Assembly (NCBI GenBank): GCA_028534125.1
Contig: CM052816.1
Span: 4,218,001-4,282,000 of the forward strand
Length of the DNA stretch: 64,000 nucleotides
Direction: 5' to 3'
From: Lama glama
Taxonomy: Eukaryota
Below the pieces are notes generated by a model. It was not told where the DNA came from. It worked only from the letters and a program-made list of their open reading frames with translations, and did no database searches. The position numbers and the translations under genes are program-made. This document shows, one piece after another, positions 26,160 to 39,765 of the stretch. Numbering within the stretch: position 1 is the stretch's first letter; the number at the start of each line of letters is the position of its first letter.

Positions 26160-26465
26160 ACAATGATGATCTGTATACTTTGTTCTGGCATGATGCTATA
26201 TTGTGAAGAAATTCTTTCATGATAATCCACAATTCTCTCCACGATCCTTCAAGAAAGACAGCAAAGATGCTGTTATTTTTCACAGTGTCTCCAGTATCTG
26301 ACAACGCCAGTCACATAAACACAGTAGGATTGCTGTTGACCAGCTAAATCCCACTCATGTTATAGATGAGGAAACGGAGGCTCAGACAAGGAAATTGTTA
26401 TGTCCAAGATTGGCCAACTAGTAAGTGACAGTCTCCTAACTTGTGAGTGTGTGATCTTTGCACAA
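26160..26465 (-). mobile_element. MIR SINE (with a short internal insert)
   Basis: catgttatagatgaggaaacggaggctcagacaagg...tgtccaagattggccaactagtaagtgac. Confidence 0.75.
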
Positions 26466-26834
26466 GATTAAACATAATAACTAACTAGAATGAAGAATGA
26501 TGTTCAACACATAAGTGGTACACATTAGATTGAAAGATAACATGCTAACTTACACTATTTCTTTGAGCATATAGCTGTATTTAAAAACTATACAAAATAA
26601 TCACTAATCAAAAAGTGATGCTGTAATCAATAGCTTTTCTCTCTCCCCTCTATGCTCTCTTGGCTTAGTTGACCATAGTACAACCTTTTACATTAAAACA
26701 CTGTCTAGAAAATTCCTTCATCTATATTCTAGATAAGCATTTAAGAGGTAGTACTCTATTTTCAAAAATTCTATTAAACATATAAGAACATATGAATAAA
26801 CAAAATATGATAGGAAAATAAAGTATGGTTACTT

Positions 26835-26947
26835 TAACCACTGATAGTTGCACAATATCATGGATGTACTCCATGTTACCAAACTGCCCACTTTTAAATG
26901 GTTAAAATGGCTATTTTTATGTTATATGAATCTTACCACAGTAAAAG
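26835..26947 (+). mobile_element. L1MB-type 3' terminus
   Basis: gatagttgcacaatatcatggatgtac...cacttttaaatggttaaaatgg...ttttatgttatatgaatcttaccac. Confidence 0.8.
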
Positions 26948-28544
26948 GAGGTTGAAATTCTACAAAGAAGCCGATTACACATCTTAGTGGTGAGTTCTAT
27001 TGTATCAAGAGTGGACAAGGCCGTGAGGGAGTGACTTACAGCATGGCTGCCAGAGAGACAGACTCCTCCTTGAAGAAGGCACCCAACAGCCGTAGAAATA
27101 CTCCATGCATGTTTCCCCCAAATCCTTTCTTCTTCTGATTTAAGCCAAGTCATGGGAGACGAAGAAAGACAATCTTTCCAAAGGCACACACATAAACACG
27201 TCTTCGCACTTCCTCACTCATGTGCACCATTCACGCACTTAGCCTGCCCACGCAGCAGAGCGAGAAGTCCCTGAGAAAACTCAGTGCATCTCCTCTCTGA
27301 CAGCTCATGAGTCAAGGCTGGCATGAAGTCAACTGAAAAAGACCTGTGGACACAAAGCTGTAGCTCCAAAGCTCTGCTGAGGTTTTTGTGCCCCCAAACA
27401 CCCTTGCTTCTAAGAGAACATCCACAGTGAGTTGAAAGTTGCTTTCTATTCAAGCCAGGGAGAAACGCATATTTAACCAAAACTGAATGAAGTGACAAAG
27501 ACAAAAACATTGTTCGCAGGAATCGTATTTCTCTGCAACTTCTTTGTAGGCCTGAATCTCATACCTAGTAGATGTTTTGAAAACTACTCATTACATTAAA
27601 TTTTATTCTACTGTTATCAATCATTAGAAGCGAGTTTGTAATCCACTGGCTAGTCCAAAAGAGTTTTGTTTTTAACTTGTGAGTATGTAATCCACGCCCA
27701 CCTGAGGCCCTTCATCACTCACCATCCCTGGGGTGGGATGCTGCCAGAGGCTCCTGCCTAAATAATGAAGCGCTCAAGTGTCTTCTTGAACAATGGGTGG
27801 ACTGTGGTTGAACCAGTGCAGTTTAACTCACCCACACAAGGTCAATCAGAAGATAGGTAGTTTAGAAACCTATGAGGAAAACTTGTTGAAAACAAAATAA
27901 AACAAAACAAGCAACAACAAAGATTCTGTCCCATGAAAACAGTGATAATTAGCTAGTCCAAAAAGATTTTCTCCTTTGGAGTTTACATAAAAAATAAATG
28001 GAAGGAACTAGCAAGTGGTCAATAAAAGAAGAAAGGAGAAACTAAAGAAATTAAAGGAAAGAGAGAAAGAGAGACGGAGGTAGGCTGAGAACCCAGCAAC
28101 GTTTAGGAAAAGCTTGCAGCTTGCTTTGGAAGAGTAAGCATGACATCCTTTTAGAAACCCTTTTTTCTGTTTCTTGCAACACAGAACACATGAAATCACA
28201 CAATAAACAAAATCAGATATAAAAAAAAAATTCCAATCCTCATTTCTCAGGTTCCAGTAATGCTTAGCTAGTTCTACTGCAAACATAATCATAGTCCAAA
28301 GACTTGGTTGAAAATATCTGAAGTGCAGACACAGGGCTGGGGTGAAACGAGATTACTTGTACGTAACACCTTTCTACAAAATGCTACCAAACAGCTTAAC
28401 ATTTAAGTGGAGCTTTCTTCTGTATTAGGTGTAGAGGACAAAACAACACTGGGCACCTACCTGGAAAATGCTACTGCTGCGACTGCTTATGATGAACAAC
28501 TGTAATATGCTTAATTCTGAGAAAACAAGGTATAGTAGAATAAC

Positions 28545-28775
28545 TGTTGATGCTTACTGAGCACTTACTATATACCAAGAACTATGCTAAATTACCAAAT
28601 TTAACCTTGCAAACAATCCCGCTGGGTACCATTATCATCGCTAAATTGCAGATGAGGGTACTGAGGGTCAAAACGTGAAGTCAGCAGCCCAGATCACAGA
28701 AAAACTAAGGAGCCAAGGTGGGGATCTTGACTTGGCTTATATGTCTGTAAGAACTGGACTTTAACGGTTACATTC
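28545..28775 (-). mobile_element. MIR SINE
   Basis: ttactgagcacttactatataccaag...gcagatgagggtactgaggg...cccagatcacag. Confidence 0.75.
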
Positions 28776-29734
28776 ATCTGCCAATAATTTATGCATGACC
28801 CTGAGAAACCAATTAACTACACTGTGCTTCCCCAACTGTAAAATAAGAATACTGGCATAGATAATGACCATAATTACTTTTGGCTTGAAAATAATGCTGT
28901 TCGAAGTATGGATAAATAACTTTTGATTTTAAAGAGGAAACATTATTACCAACACCAACTAACATTTATATGAGGCCTCAATATGAGTGAAGTCTGTCAC
29001 ACAGTAGGTGCCTAAATAAAGATTAGCTGAAGGGATAAAAAAATGTACTAGCCTTATTAAACACGTTAGTTAATCCTCACATCTCTAAGGCTGAGTTATC
29101 ACTACTAATCCCTTTTTACAAAAGCAGGAATTGGGCCTTAGAGAGGAAAAAGCGCCTTAGAAGGCACACAGTCAGTGATGGAAATACTTCAATACAAGAA
29201 ATCTCAAATCAAAACGCTGGAACTTGACTAACAGAGATAAAAAATTGCAGAAGTCTACAGTTTCAAGTTGGTCAAATCTTTAGCATAGGACTATTTAATT
29301 TTTTTTTAATAGCAACCCATGAACAAACAGAGAGGCAGGATAAATTTCAGGAAATCTACAAACAGCTATGAATAAGAAATCTGTTATTCCAGGTAAAATT
29401 CCATTAAGTCATTACTGTCTCGTTTCTGATCCCATAAAGTGGGGGCAGATTCTCAGTGCGCAGGGAGGTAAAAACGTTCCTAAGGAGGAAGGTTAAATGT
29501 TAAAGCAGAGATGGAAGCTCTCCGAGAGCCACAGTGCAATGCAGATGCAAAGGTTTCCTCTTGAAGAGCTTAAGAGGTTCCTCTTCCTGGACAGATGCCA
29601 AACAAGAGACTCCTGAAGCTTTCAGACTTGTGAGGTCAGGTGTGTTTCAAAAGCAAAATGGGAATGTATTTCCTTACCAAGTGGTATCATAAAATGAGCA
29701 GAGGACTTAGTTAGTGTTCTCAAGAAGTTCAGAT

Positions 29735-29860
29735 GCGCCTGGTCCTTGATCCAGGGCAGCAGAGACTATTCAAGGAACTCCGGCAAATCACTGAGCCTCT
29801 CCAGGCACCACTTTCCCAGGTCGGAGCTGAGCTCTCCCAGATCATGGGGTTTCCGATTCA
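29735..29860 (+). mobile_element. Degenerate MIR/MIR3 SINE
   Basis: ggcaaatcactgagcctctccaggcaccactttccc aligns to the MIR core ggcaagtcacttaacctctctgagcctcagtttcc. Confidence 0.55.
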
Positions 29861-31697
29861 ACTTCTCAATCTCAATTTCAGGGGCCACAGAAAGCCCAGT
29901 GTTTTAATTCACATTGCCACGTTCTGACGGGCACGTCCAGCCAGCCATATAAAACTAACTCAATATGTGTGTTTCCTTCGTTTTTTATACCAACTTTTGG
30001 GACAAGGGCTATATCCCCAAACTCCAGCATTTGGTGATAAAGTACAGTTTTAAATACTTTCTTAGCTGCTTTATTGAAGAGTGAAAACATAGTTTACTTA
30101 CTATTCGTATTTTCAAAGAGTTTCACATACTCTTGGTAAAATAATCTATCAGAAATCTTATTTCTACATTTTGAACTGAAATTCTTACTAGGATAGGTTC
30201 CAACACTTATTAAAAGACTACTTGCAAAAAGATAACAACTGCGTTATACGGTTGGGAAGAAATGGTTATTTCCTTGCTGCTGTTGTTTTTAATCAGTATT
30301 CTCTGTGCTCTATTATATGATGCTTTCATAAATTGATAAGAAAAGAGGCCCCAACTGCAAGAATCTTGCAGAAAAATTTAATTACTAGCTTTCAAAAACT
30401 GGGGAAGTTAGATTATTTTGGAATATGAATATCAAATGAAAATCTCTAATATCATGCAAGACCCAAATGAACAATGCAAATTCAATTTTAGTAGATTATG
30501 TGTGAGTAACCAAAGAAATATAGTTTCTGATGAGTTAGGGTAAACCAATCTAAATTAGTAAAAGCTAAATCATCAAGTTTATAAAGAGGCATAATTTCAT
30601 CAATTCAAGTATGAGTAGCAGTTTTACCGTGCTATGTTTTCTCTTGTTGGGGATTTTTTTTGGGGGGGGGATAATCCTGATTTAATGAATAGTTAAGAAT
30701 TCTTTCTAAGTTCCACGTAAACTGCCTGCAAAAGGGAATTTCCAAAGTGTTTAAACATTATTGCCCTTAGTATTTATCATAGTTCTCCCACAGTCTTCAT
30801 GTGCCATTTAACTGGTCATCAAATTATTTTTCAAAGACCCTGCAAAGGTAAGTTTCAACCTCATCGCCCTTCATCAAGCATATCATAAATTCTAGCTAAT
30901 TGTGATCTGAAGAAGAAAATCTAAACAGGAAATTACATGCAGCAAAGAGGAGTTTTAAATCTCCCCTATTTATTTTTCTCAAGGAGTCTAATCTAAAGCA
31001 TGCTTCTAAAATATCATTCCCAGGGCATGGGAAGAAACACACTCTTTTCGGGTGTAAGTGTTAATTAATGTGCATGACATAGAGAGAGAACAAGAAAAAG
31101 GTTAGAACTGAGGCTTCTGCTAATGGCATTTCTAAAAATAGAGGATTCTGAAACAATGCTCTTTCATGTTAGTTAACTTTCTTAAAGCCATAGGATTAGT
31201 GCCAAGACACATCGATTGGTTAAAACAAAATCACCTGTTACACAGATATTACTTACATGTATTCTCATATCAACAAGTTCAATCATTTATTTCACATCAA
31301 AATTGACTGCTTAGTAAGCAAGCTGTGACAGGTTTTCTCCTTTGCATAATTTCTCCCAATGTTTTTCTAGGGTTATCAACAGGAACAGATTTCACTCTGA
31401 AGTTATAATCAAAATGGCCTATAGAATCATTAGCATAGCATGCAAATCTACCTATGACATTTTTTCCAGTGTTGTTTAATGCCATGTTCCCATGACAACA
31501 TGTCTCACAAGCACACTAAGCTTTCTTCTGGTCCTCCAACACATGGAGCTTTTCCATAACCCCGTGCCCTTGCATGTCTATCCGTGTTTCTCTACCTAGA
31601 ATATCCCCCTACTCTCCTCCAGCCAAGCTCCAGCAACTCCTTCAAAACATAGATGCAATATCACCTTTTCTGGTAATATCTTTCCTGACTCCTAATT

Positions 31698-32180
31698 TGT
31701 TGGATCCTAGCAGTTGTCTCCTCAATAGCCATTTCCAATCTCTCTCTTCCCTGCCAGCCTCCCATTTAAGAAGCTAAAAATTAGATGCTGATTTTCCCAG
31801 TTCCCTCTGCAGCTCTGAGGCAGTCATGTGACCCAGTTCTAGCCAATGAGACATGAGCAGTATCTGCTTAGAGGCAGCTAGGAGTGATTTTCCATCCTAA
31901 GAAGTGTGTTAAGAGAACTTCCTTCACTCACCACCCTGGCGGCTTGTTTCCTTTGAAAGCAGCCTTATGAGCTTGTGATTCCTGAGCCCCAGGACCCACT
32001 CTGCAACTCCGAGAAGGGAGTGCTGAAATGGTGAGGGTGGCAGAAAGGACACAGGGGAAGAATGCATGTTTACAATAACACACTGAATGCAGTACCAACC
32101 CTGGGAGCATCTACCAAAAAGCTCTGAATTGTTTAAGTGTTATTGGTTAATAGCTCTGGAGAGACTCTAATGGATATTCC
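31698..32180 (+). mobile_element. MaLR LTR (old MLT1 type)
   Basis: ttcccagttccctctgcagctctgaggcagtcatgtgacccagttctagccaatgagac. Confidence 0.75.
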
Positions 32181-32307
32181 TAGCCGGGGGAAATACTCAC
32201 TGATGTAGCTTGCAAAGCACTGTTATGATCTCTTGCTCATGGCATCTATTCATATTGTGTTGTAATAATATCTTTTCAAACGTGTGCCTCATCTAAAAGA
32301 CCGTGAA

Positions 32308-33159
32308 GAGATGATAAGCACTTGGTGAGGACGTGGAGATAAGGGAAACTCTGTGCACTGTTTTTGGGAATGTAAGTTGGCTCATTCACTCTGGAAAACA
32401 GTATGGAGAGTGCTCAAAAAGTTAAAAAATAGGACTACCATATGATTCAGCAATTTCCCTGTTGGATATATATCCAAAGAAAATGGAAACAGAATATTGA
32501 AGAGATATCTGCACTCCTGTGTTCACTGTAACATTATTCACAATAGCCAACAAATGGAAACAACCTAGTGTCCAACAATGGATAAATGGATAAAGACACT
32601 GTAGTGTGTGTGTGTGTATGCACAATGGAATATTATTCAGCCACAAGAAGGAAGGAAATCCTGCCATTTGTGACAACATGAATGGACTCTGAGGGCATTA
32701 TGCTAAGCAAACTAAGTCAGAGAGAGAAAGACAAATATCGTACAATTTCACTTATACATGGAATCTTAAAAAGCTGAGCTCATAAAAACAGAGGCTAGAA
32801 TGATGTTTACCAGAGACTAGGGGCATGAGGATGGTCTTAGGGGAACTGGGGAGACAGGTTCAAGGGTACACACTTTCAACTAATAGATAAATAAGTTCTG
32901 GAAATATAATGTACAGCACAGTGATTACAGACAATACTGTATTATATTTGTATTATAAATTTCAAAGTTGCTAGGAGACTAGATCTTAATTGTTCACACC
33001 ACAAAAAAAGAAATGATAATTATGTGATGTGATAGAGGTGTTAGCTACACTACAGGGATAATCATATTGCAATATATGGATCGAATCAACACACTGCACA
33101 CCTTAATCTTAAACAATGTTATATGCCAATTACATCTCAGTAAAAATAAATTAAAAAGT
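32308..33159 (+). mobile_element. L1MA-type LINE: ORF2 C-terminal relic plus 3' UTR
   Basis: ggaaaacagtatggag, taccatatgattcagcaatt, cattattcacaatagcc, ggaaacaacctagtgtcc; degenerate TSD AAAGACCGTGAA 32296-32307 / AAAGACTGTAAA 33160-33171. Confidence 0.9.
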
Positions 33160-33534
33160 AAAGACTGTAAACTCCCCATCCCCTAACATGGGATTAAGCA
33201 CAGAGTTAAAAATAAAAGTCTGCTGAATCAATAAACAAATAGATGAATCAATAAGCAAATACAGACGTGTAAGAAAAGTACCGGGTGTTGTTCATATCAC
33301 TTTTACTACTCCATTCATTTTTTTCACATTTGCTGTTAAAGAAAAATGTTCTCCAAGTTATATCCTACAGTGTCTTCTAATATTCACCAGGGGCATCAGA
33401 GACAATTCACCCACAAAGTAATTGCTCAAAAGTAACCCTGGCACAAATTGCTTAGAAGTTACCAACTAAGAGGAGAACAGAAGGAAAAGGGGCTGATATA
33501 AAGGGTCAATGGAAGAGGCTTTGAAGTTGAATTT

Positions 33535-33912
33535 AAGTGAAGTAAGCCAGACAGAGAAAGAAAAATACCATATCATTTATATGTGGAATCTAAAAAAAAA
33601 AGTCACAAATGAACTTATTTACAAAACAGAAACTGACTCACAAACATAGAAAACAAACATGGTTATCAGCAGGGGAAGGGGGTGGGAAGGGATAAATCGG
33701 AAGTTCAAGATTTGCAGATACTAACTACTATATATAAAATAGATTAACAACAAGTTTATACTGTACAGCACAGGGAACTTATAGTAACCTATAATGAAAA
33801 AGAATATGAAAACGAATATATGTATGTACATGTATGATTGAACTATTATGCTGTACACCAGAAATTGACACAACATTGTCAAGTAACTAGACTTCACTTA
33901 GGAAAAAAAAAA
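33535..33912 (+). mobile_element. Cetartiodactyl/camelid L1 3' end with A-tail
   Basis: aagtgaagtaagccagacagagaaaga, acaaatgaacttatttacaaaacagaaac, tactgtacagcacagggaact, gctgtacaccagaaattgacacaacattg, A10. Confidence 0.9.
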
Positions 33913-34227
33913 GAATCCAGACCAAAAGTATCAGGATGAGATTTGTGTTCTTGTATCTGCCTACCCAATCGTCCATCCAGATTTAATGAGCATCTGCTAT
34001 GTATTATATTACAGACTGGATGACAGTGACTCAGCATTATTCAGACAGACATGATCCTTGCCCTCACACAATCAGGAAATGCACAGACATCATTATCAGC
34101 ATTTTGCTTAAATACATACTTGAATAACAGTATGTGGTTTTGCTGAAAACTACTTCTAAGAAGAAACAAAGAGTCACACATATAATTTGATATGGAACCC
34201 AGAAGAAATTCTAGATTATCAAAGATA

Positions 34228-34395
34228 CCGATTTTCAAACCTCAGGCTTGGGGATTACTCTTTTCTCAAACACAAATTTACGTGATGGTTGGGGGGAAAG
34301 ACCCCCACCTTCTTGGTTGGCAAACCCCACGGTGACCCTTGAGACATCTCTGAAAAACCCTGGGACTCAAGGAAACATAGGTTGAAAATGACACA
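34228..34395. mobile_element. hAT-Charlie-type DNA transposon fragment
   Basis: ends gattttcaaacc and accctgggactcaaggaaacataggttgaaaatgac. Confidence 0.45.
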
Positions 34396-35629
34396 TTTAT
34401 ACCAGTTCCTTCATTTTAAAAGGGAGGACAGTAGAGTCCCAAAACCTTCAGCTTAACACCCACAACTGGCGACAGAGCCGGAACAGAACCAAGATGCCTC
34501 TCCATTCCAGCACATTCTCTTCTATTCCAGGATCACGTGACCTACCCCAAATGAAAGCCTAGAGAGATCTGGTAAAGGACTGAGGATCTGGTATAGATAA
34601 CAGAACATTAGAATTTCTGGAACATATTAATACATCACGGGGGAAAATGGAGTGGGAAAGAGGAAAACCAACCAGCTCGGGAAAATCGAGGACTTCTGAT
34701 CGTCTCAGCGGACAAGTCAAAGTGTAAGACACAGAATGGTTTTAGGTCAAAGGTCAGACAGATGCGGTCAGTTCTCTCATGGAAATGGGGAAGATTAAAA
34801 CAATGTCCATGTTTTTCTCATTTTCTGGGCTCTGTGAGGCTTCACTCTGCCTATTATTTCCGGAGATACCACTTTACACTTGCTTCCTTGCAATGTGCTC
34901 CTGCTTTGTTGTATAAAAGCCAAAAGGGAAAGTAATCTCTAAATGGGTCTGCATCCCACAGAGCATTCACTTAGATGACATTGAAATCTGTTTTTCAGGG
35001 TTTTTTGGTGCCATTACAAGAAATCATACAGTCATTACACTTCAAATTTGACAGTTCTTTCACAGCATGAAAGGCAGAAATTAGGTCCAAATGTATTTAT
35101 TTAAATGCAAGGTTTCACTTACCACCAGGACATTTGTGAAGACTGAAAGATGACAGCAGACTGTGATGTCTGCACTACTGTTATTTCATGAACCCCCAAC
35201 TGTGGATTGCCAAGCTCAAATATTTTAAATTCAAACAATAAGCCCCGTTAAAGAGAACTTTCAACTACTATCTCTCCCTCCAGTTATTCAAAAAACTCCA
35301 TTTAATTCACTTAGCAATCACATTTCAGAATGAAAGAGAAACTTTTACTAAGAACGCGTTTTGAAATGTATTTGAAGACAAAAGACCCAACCAGGAAGCG
35401 CTTAATTAATCACATCTGAAAACTTCCCTCAGAGCATTGCTACCTGAGAACTGAACACAAAATGTCAATCCCAGATGTGAAGAGTGGCCACTCATGTGGA
35501 CATCGCTCTTGCACCTTATTTTGTAGGGGTTCTAGGAAGACTAATTTTCTGTAAGGCATTAAATACCTGCGATGGGCAGGAGGGAATCCATCAGCTTGGA
35601 TAAAGCTCAACTTTCTATGACTCTTGTCT

Positions 35630-36720
35630 CCACCTGGTGACCTCAGCCCCTGAGACCTTACCTCACCAGTTCCATAACACCAACCCCTTATTCTCAAAGG
35701 GCCCTGCCCCAAGCTACCATGCCTCCATCTTTAGGGCTCGAAAGGGAAACCTGATCCTCGAATTCCTACTACCCAGTTTCACCTATCTCCATCTGACCCA
35801 AGCCCAGCAGCAGGAATATCATGATGCGTTACCCCTGTTTACACCTGCCATCAAAAGTAGCCCCATATTCTCAGGTCCTTCATCACCCCTTGCATTCTAA
35901 TCCTCAAAAGTAGGTGGCCAATGTCCCAGGTTGTCATGGGAGGAAAAAAGCACACAACCACGGTCTCACTAAGTTCTTGCATAGAAATCTCAACGGCCCT
36001 GAACCCAGCAGAGCAAACATTCTGTAATTCCCTACATGATCACCCTCTAATCCTCCTAGACAACAATTTAATTATTTCCCCAAATTTCTCTCTCTTCAAA
36101 CCTTCAACAAGTCTTCCATTCTCACTCTTAGCTGATAGATTTTGCCTCCTGTTTCTCTGAAAAGGAAAAAAAAAAAACAAAAAACAAAAAACATGAAACA
36201 ATTGGAAGAGAATTTCCCTTTCTTCCATGAGGGAAGGGCCACCTCACCTTCCCCTCATACCACAAGGACCTAATCATATCCTTTACCACCTCTCCTGCTG
36301 CAACAGAAAACTGCTTGTATTTCTAAGCTCACGCATCCCACTTGTGTACTAGATCCAATCTCCTCCCACCTACTCAAGGATATAACTCCAGCAATTCTTC
36401 CTTTTCACTCCAGTTTCCTCCTCTCTACTGGATCAATTCCATTAGCATATAAATATGCTGTATGTTAGTCATCATTTTTTTAATTGCCTGAGCCCACTTC
36501 CCTGTCCGGCTATTATTTCCCTTTACTACAAAACTTAAAGGTTACCTCTACTGTTGTCTCCAATTCTTCCCCTCCCCTTTTCTCTTAAATCCCATCAAGC
36601 TTTCAATCTTTCTCTTTTAGTTACTGCCTCCCACATTAGTAAGTCCAAAAGTCAATTCTCAGTCATCATAAAACCCGACCTCTTAGCGACATCTGACACT
36701 AACTGACATCCTATCTTACT
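35630..36720 (+). mobile_element. L2 LINE internal fragment
   Basis: ctctcttcaaacc, cacttgtgtactagatccaatctcctcccacctactcaagga, ctctctactggatcaattccattagcatataaatatgctg. Confidence 0.8.
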
Positions 36721-36724
36721 GGAA

Positions 36725-36960
36725 GGGTTTTGTGTGAAAGATCAGAAGTTCAGTTCAGTTTTGGACAGGTTAACATTTCAGATGTGTATTGTTAGATATC
36801 TAAGGGGGGGTGTTAGGTAAGCAGTCTGGAGTTCAGCAGATGGGTCAGGCCGGAGATCAAAACAAGGGTGTCATCAGCATGGAGACCTATGATAAAAGCC
36901 ATGAAATTGATGAGCTCACCAAGGTAGTGAGCAAAAATCCAAGCATGGCTCAGGAAAAAA
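36725..36960 (-). mobile_element. L2 LINE fragment in opposite orientation
   Basis: agttcagttttggacaggttaacatttcagatgtg...gtctggagttcag...gtcatcagcatggag...aaagccatgaaattgatgagctcacc. Confidence 0.8.
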
Positions 36961-37539
36961 GGGACTAGTCAGACAGCCCCATAGTCGGCAGCTCAAAGAC
37001 ACGTGGAGATAACGGGGAAAGAGCCATGCAGAGCCTTGTATGAATAGTGAGAGTTTTGGGAAGACAATCAAGGGTCAGGTGGAGGAACATATTAATCACC
37101 AGAGACCCACAGGGGCTGGGTAAGGCAGACAAGCCAAGTGAGGCCCCACCTGTGAAAGAAACAGAAGGGAAGAGGGGATTATACTTCCCAGGATCTGCCC
37201 ATGGTGGTGTGAGTCAAGTGTCAGGAGAAAGCACTGAGGGAGGTGGATGAGATGGAGAGTAAGAGAGAGGCAGAGGAATAGGGAAATATTTGTGATCCCT
37301 GGGCTGGAGCCCCTAGGAATCCGTATCAGGCTTACCAGCCCACAGAATGTTTCCATTACATAATGGAAAGTGTACAAGTATCAGAGTCTGTGTCTGTGCA
37401 TAACGTAAGTCTAAGAGGGAGAGGGCCATGGGGACGCAGGTCTATTGGAATAAAAGAATCCTCGGTGGACTTGAGCAGACAGTAGGCTCTGAGCTGACCC
37501 AGTCTTTGGAAATGGAGTCAGGCTAAGGGCCAGGAGGCT

Positions 37540-37720
37540 CACGTGGTACACAAGTTCCACAGAGAGTATCTCATTTAATACTCACCTATGTCTATGATGT
37601 TTGTACTCCTGGCCCATTTTATAGACAAAGAAAAAAATGAATGAAGTCACATAAGTTACCTTGTTCATCAGGTGAATTTACGGTCTGCTAGGACTCAAAT
37701 CCAGGCCTTCAGGACCATAA
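37540..37720 (-). mobile_element. MIR SINE
   Basis: tatctcatttaatactcac...cccattttatagacaaag...ggactcaaatccagg. Confidence 0.7.
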
Positions 37721-37944
37721 AGGCCAATTTATGTCTCTCTTTTACTGTTTCTCTCTCTCTGATAAATGATCTCAGTAATCAAATGCGAAAAAAATTTAGT
37801 CAACCATTCTTATAATTCAACCGCATCATGTTGAGTAGCCAGATAATCATAAAGAGTTCAGGTTTTAGCATCATGTATCTCAACACCTGAAAGACTAAAT
37901 TTCTTTTCATTCTTTTATTCCATGGGTTAGGGATCCTTTAGAAT

Positions 37945-38248
37945 AGAGTTTACAGTTGGTGACATCCAGACTAGAGATGTGTATTACTTGACTTAAATAT
38001 TTTCCTTTTTTAAATAAACTAGATGCTAAGAACTAAAAGAACTTACACAAAGATCCCAAATTCTAGGTCATCTTGAAAAATGAAAAGGTGGGACAATACA
38101 AAAACCTGTATTTTCAAAGGGCAAACAATTGCCTTGGGATGACTCTCTAGCCTTCACATGGGGCATGTGTTCTCCCTGTAACATCAATTACTTCATTCTT
38201 CCGTGTCCTGCCTGGCCCCTCTAAGCATCCAAGTTTACAATTCCTGCC
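37945..38248. mobile_element. MER102-like hAT-Charlie DNA transposon
   Basis: tcttgaaaaatgaaaagg, atggggcatgtgttctcc, cctgcctggcccctctaagcatccaagtttac. Confidence 0.65.
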
Positions 38249-39309
38249 TAGATACGAGACAGATTCCATGTCTACCTCATTATTCCAAAGAACTCAAAAT
38301 ACAATTCAAAATAAGCAATGACCCATGTCGAAACACATAAGTGAGCTGATTAATCTTAGAGTCCCTTAAGTAAATGTATCTTCTGCTGGGGAATTACACA
38401 CGAGAGTATTATCTCTTTTTGTAGACTATTTCTGTAATTCCCAAGAGAAATGCAAGAAGATGACTTAGGTTCCAATTCTGTTTCCACATTTTCACAGTTA
38501 CTAACAGCAGGGGAAAACATGCTGAAGGATTTCTCTCTCGTTAACTAGAAAAATACAGGGAGACCGTGTGTGAAGTGGATCATGCCTTACCACCGCGGGT
38601 GAACTAACAGGGATTACAGGTCCCAGCATTTCTCCAATACTGGAATCCTGTGGGTATCTGCATCCAACCTGCATGCCATTTATCTGCCAGACATGGAGCA
38701 TGGAGACTAAAGAACCCAAGGTTAGCTGGGAGCACTGTCATACTGTTTTCACTTCTATTTTGTAGGATGAATTGAGAGAGTCACCAGGTAATAGCTTTAG
38801 AAACACGTATTGCAAAAAAATACTCTTAAAACTTCCGCTGGAATTTGGCTACCTGTTTACTGCATTTATAGTCATCATTAGTAGCAAGATGAAAAAAAAG
38901 GGGACATGAGTACCATTTTTGCAGAAATTGGAAATAGGGAGTTGAATAAGCCCACCTCCTCATTTTACAAACAAAAGGAACCAAGAAGACAGACACTTAC
39001 TGCCCAAGATCACTCAGCTCCAAAGAGAGAGCTCAAAAGTTCTATTTCACTTTTAGCTGCAGGGAACAGAAAGGACAGACTTGGGCTGAGTGAGTGGTGA
39101 CCTGAATGAGATGCACATACGAGAAATAAAGAAAAACTCAGCAACTAGGCTTCCAGATCAAAGGGCTCCAGGACCTGGTTCTATGACCAAAGTCTGTCTA
39201 GGGACATGAGCAGTAAGGGTTTAAAGAACTTTGCTTATTAACACTATTCTCCGCGTACTGACATTTCTTTTTTCTCTTCCAACATGAGTCTTAATCCTCC
39301 ACAGGATAT

Positions 39310-39765
39310 TTGCTGTATGAGGGGGATATCTAGCAACTTTTTTCCTCACACTTTTGGAACACCCCAATCTTCTTTCGGGAATTCCCCTCCTGCATGGGGC
39401 GCAGACATAGTGAGGCTGGCAAGCAGGTTGTTCAGCTAGTGGGATGGGTATATGACCTAAGCTAGGCCAACCAGACTCTTTCTCTACTTCAGCACCACCC
39501 CGGTTGACAAGTCAACCGAGCTGAGTGATGCAAAGATGGGAAAGCACAGGTTGGGGCTCATCCCTATGAACACGGAGGCCAGCCCTGGTAAGACCACTAG
39601 CTCCTCCCATCCCACAGCTACTCCGCAGCTTCCCCGTGTCCCTTCCTCTTCTGAGCCTGGTTCTCCATCCTTCTATTTTGTGAACTTTGACATCCTTCCA
39701 ATAAATCACTTGTCTCTTTAAGCTTGGACATGCCAGGTTTCCTGGATCCAAAGAACCTGCACCAG
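39310..39765 (+). mobile_element. Old ERVL-MaLR LTR
   Basis: gggatgggtatatgacctaagctaggccaacc, ccttccaataaatcac, tttaagcttggac. Confidence 0.65.

Larger units (their letters stand above)
31505..33260 (+). mobile_element. L2 3' portion interrupted by a MaLR LTR and an L1
   Basis: L2 pieces at ~31505-31697, ~32200-32307 and ~33160-33260, ending gctgaatcaataaacaaatagatgaatcaataa. Confidence 0.65.

Noticed and set aside
27300..27343. SVDFMPAL resembling the Mab21/cGAS-like nucleotidyltransferase VDLVPA strand
   Set aside because: Short-motif resemblance only; no other NTase motifs or partner exons found.
29678..29900. Protein-like minus-strand text EIEKLNRKPHDLGELSSDLGKWCLERLSDLPEFLE*SLLPW, suggesting a pseudo-exon or stop readthrough
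   Set aside because: The core is antisense of a degenerate MIR, has an in-frame stop and lacks a convincing acceptor.
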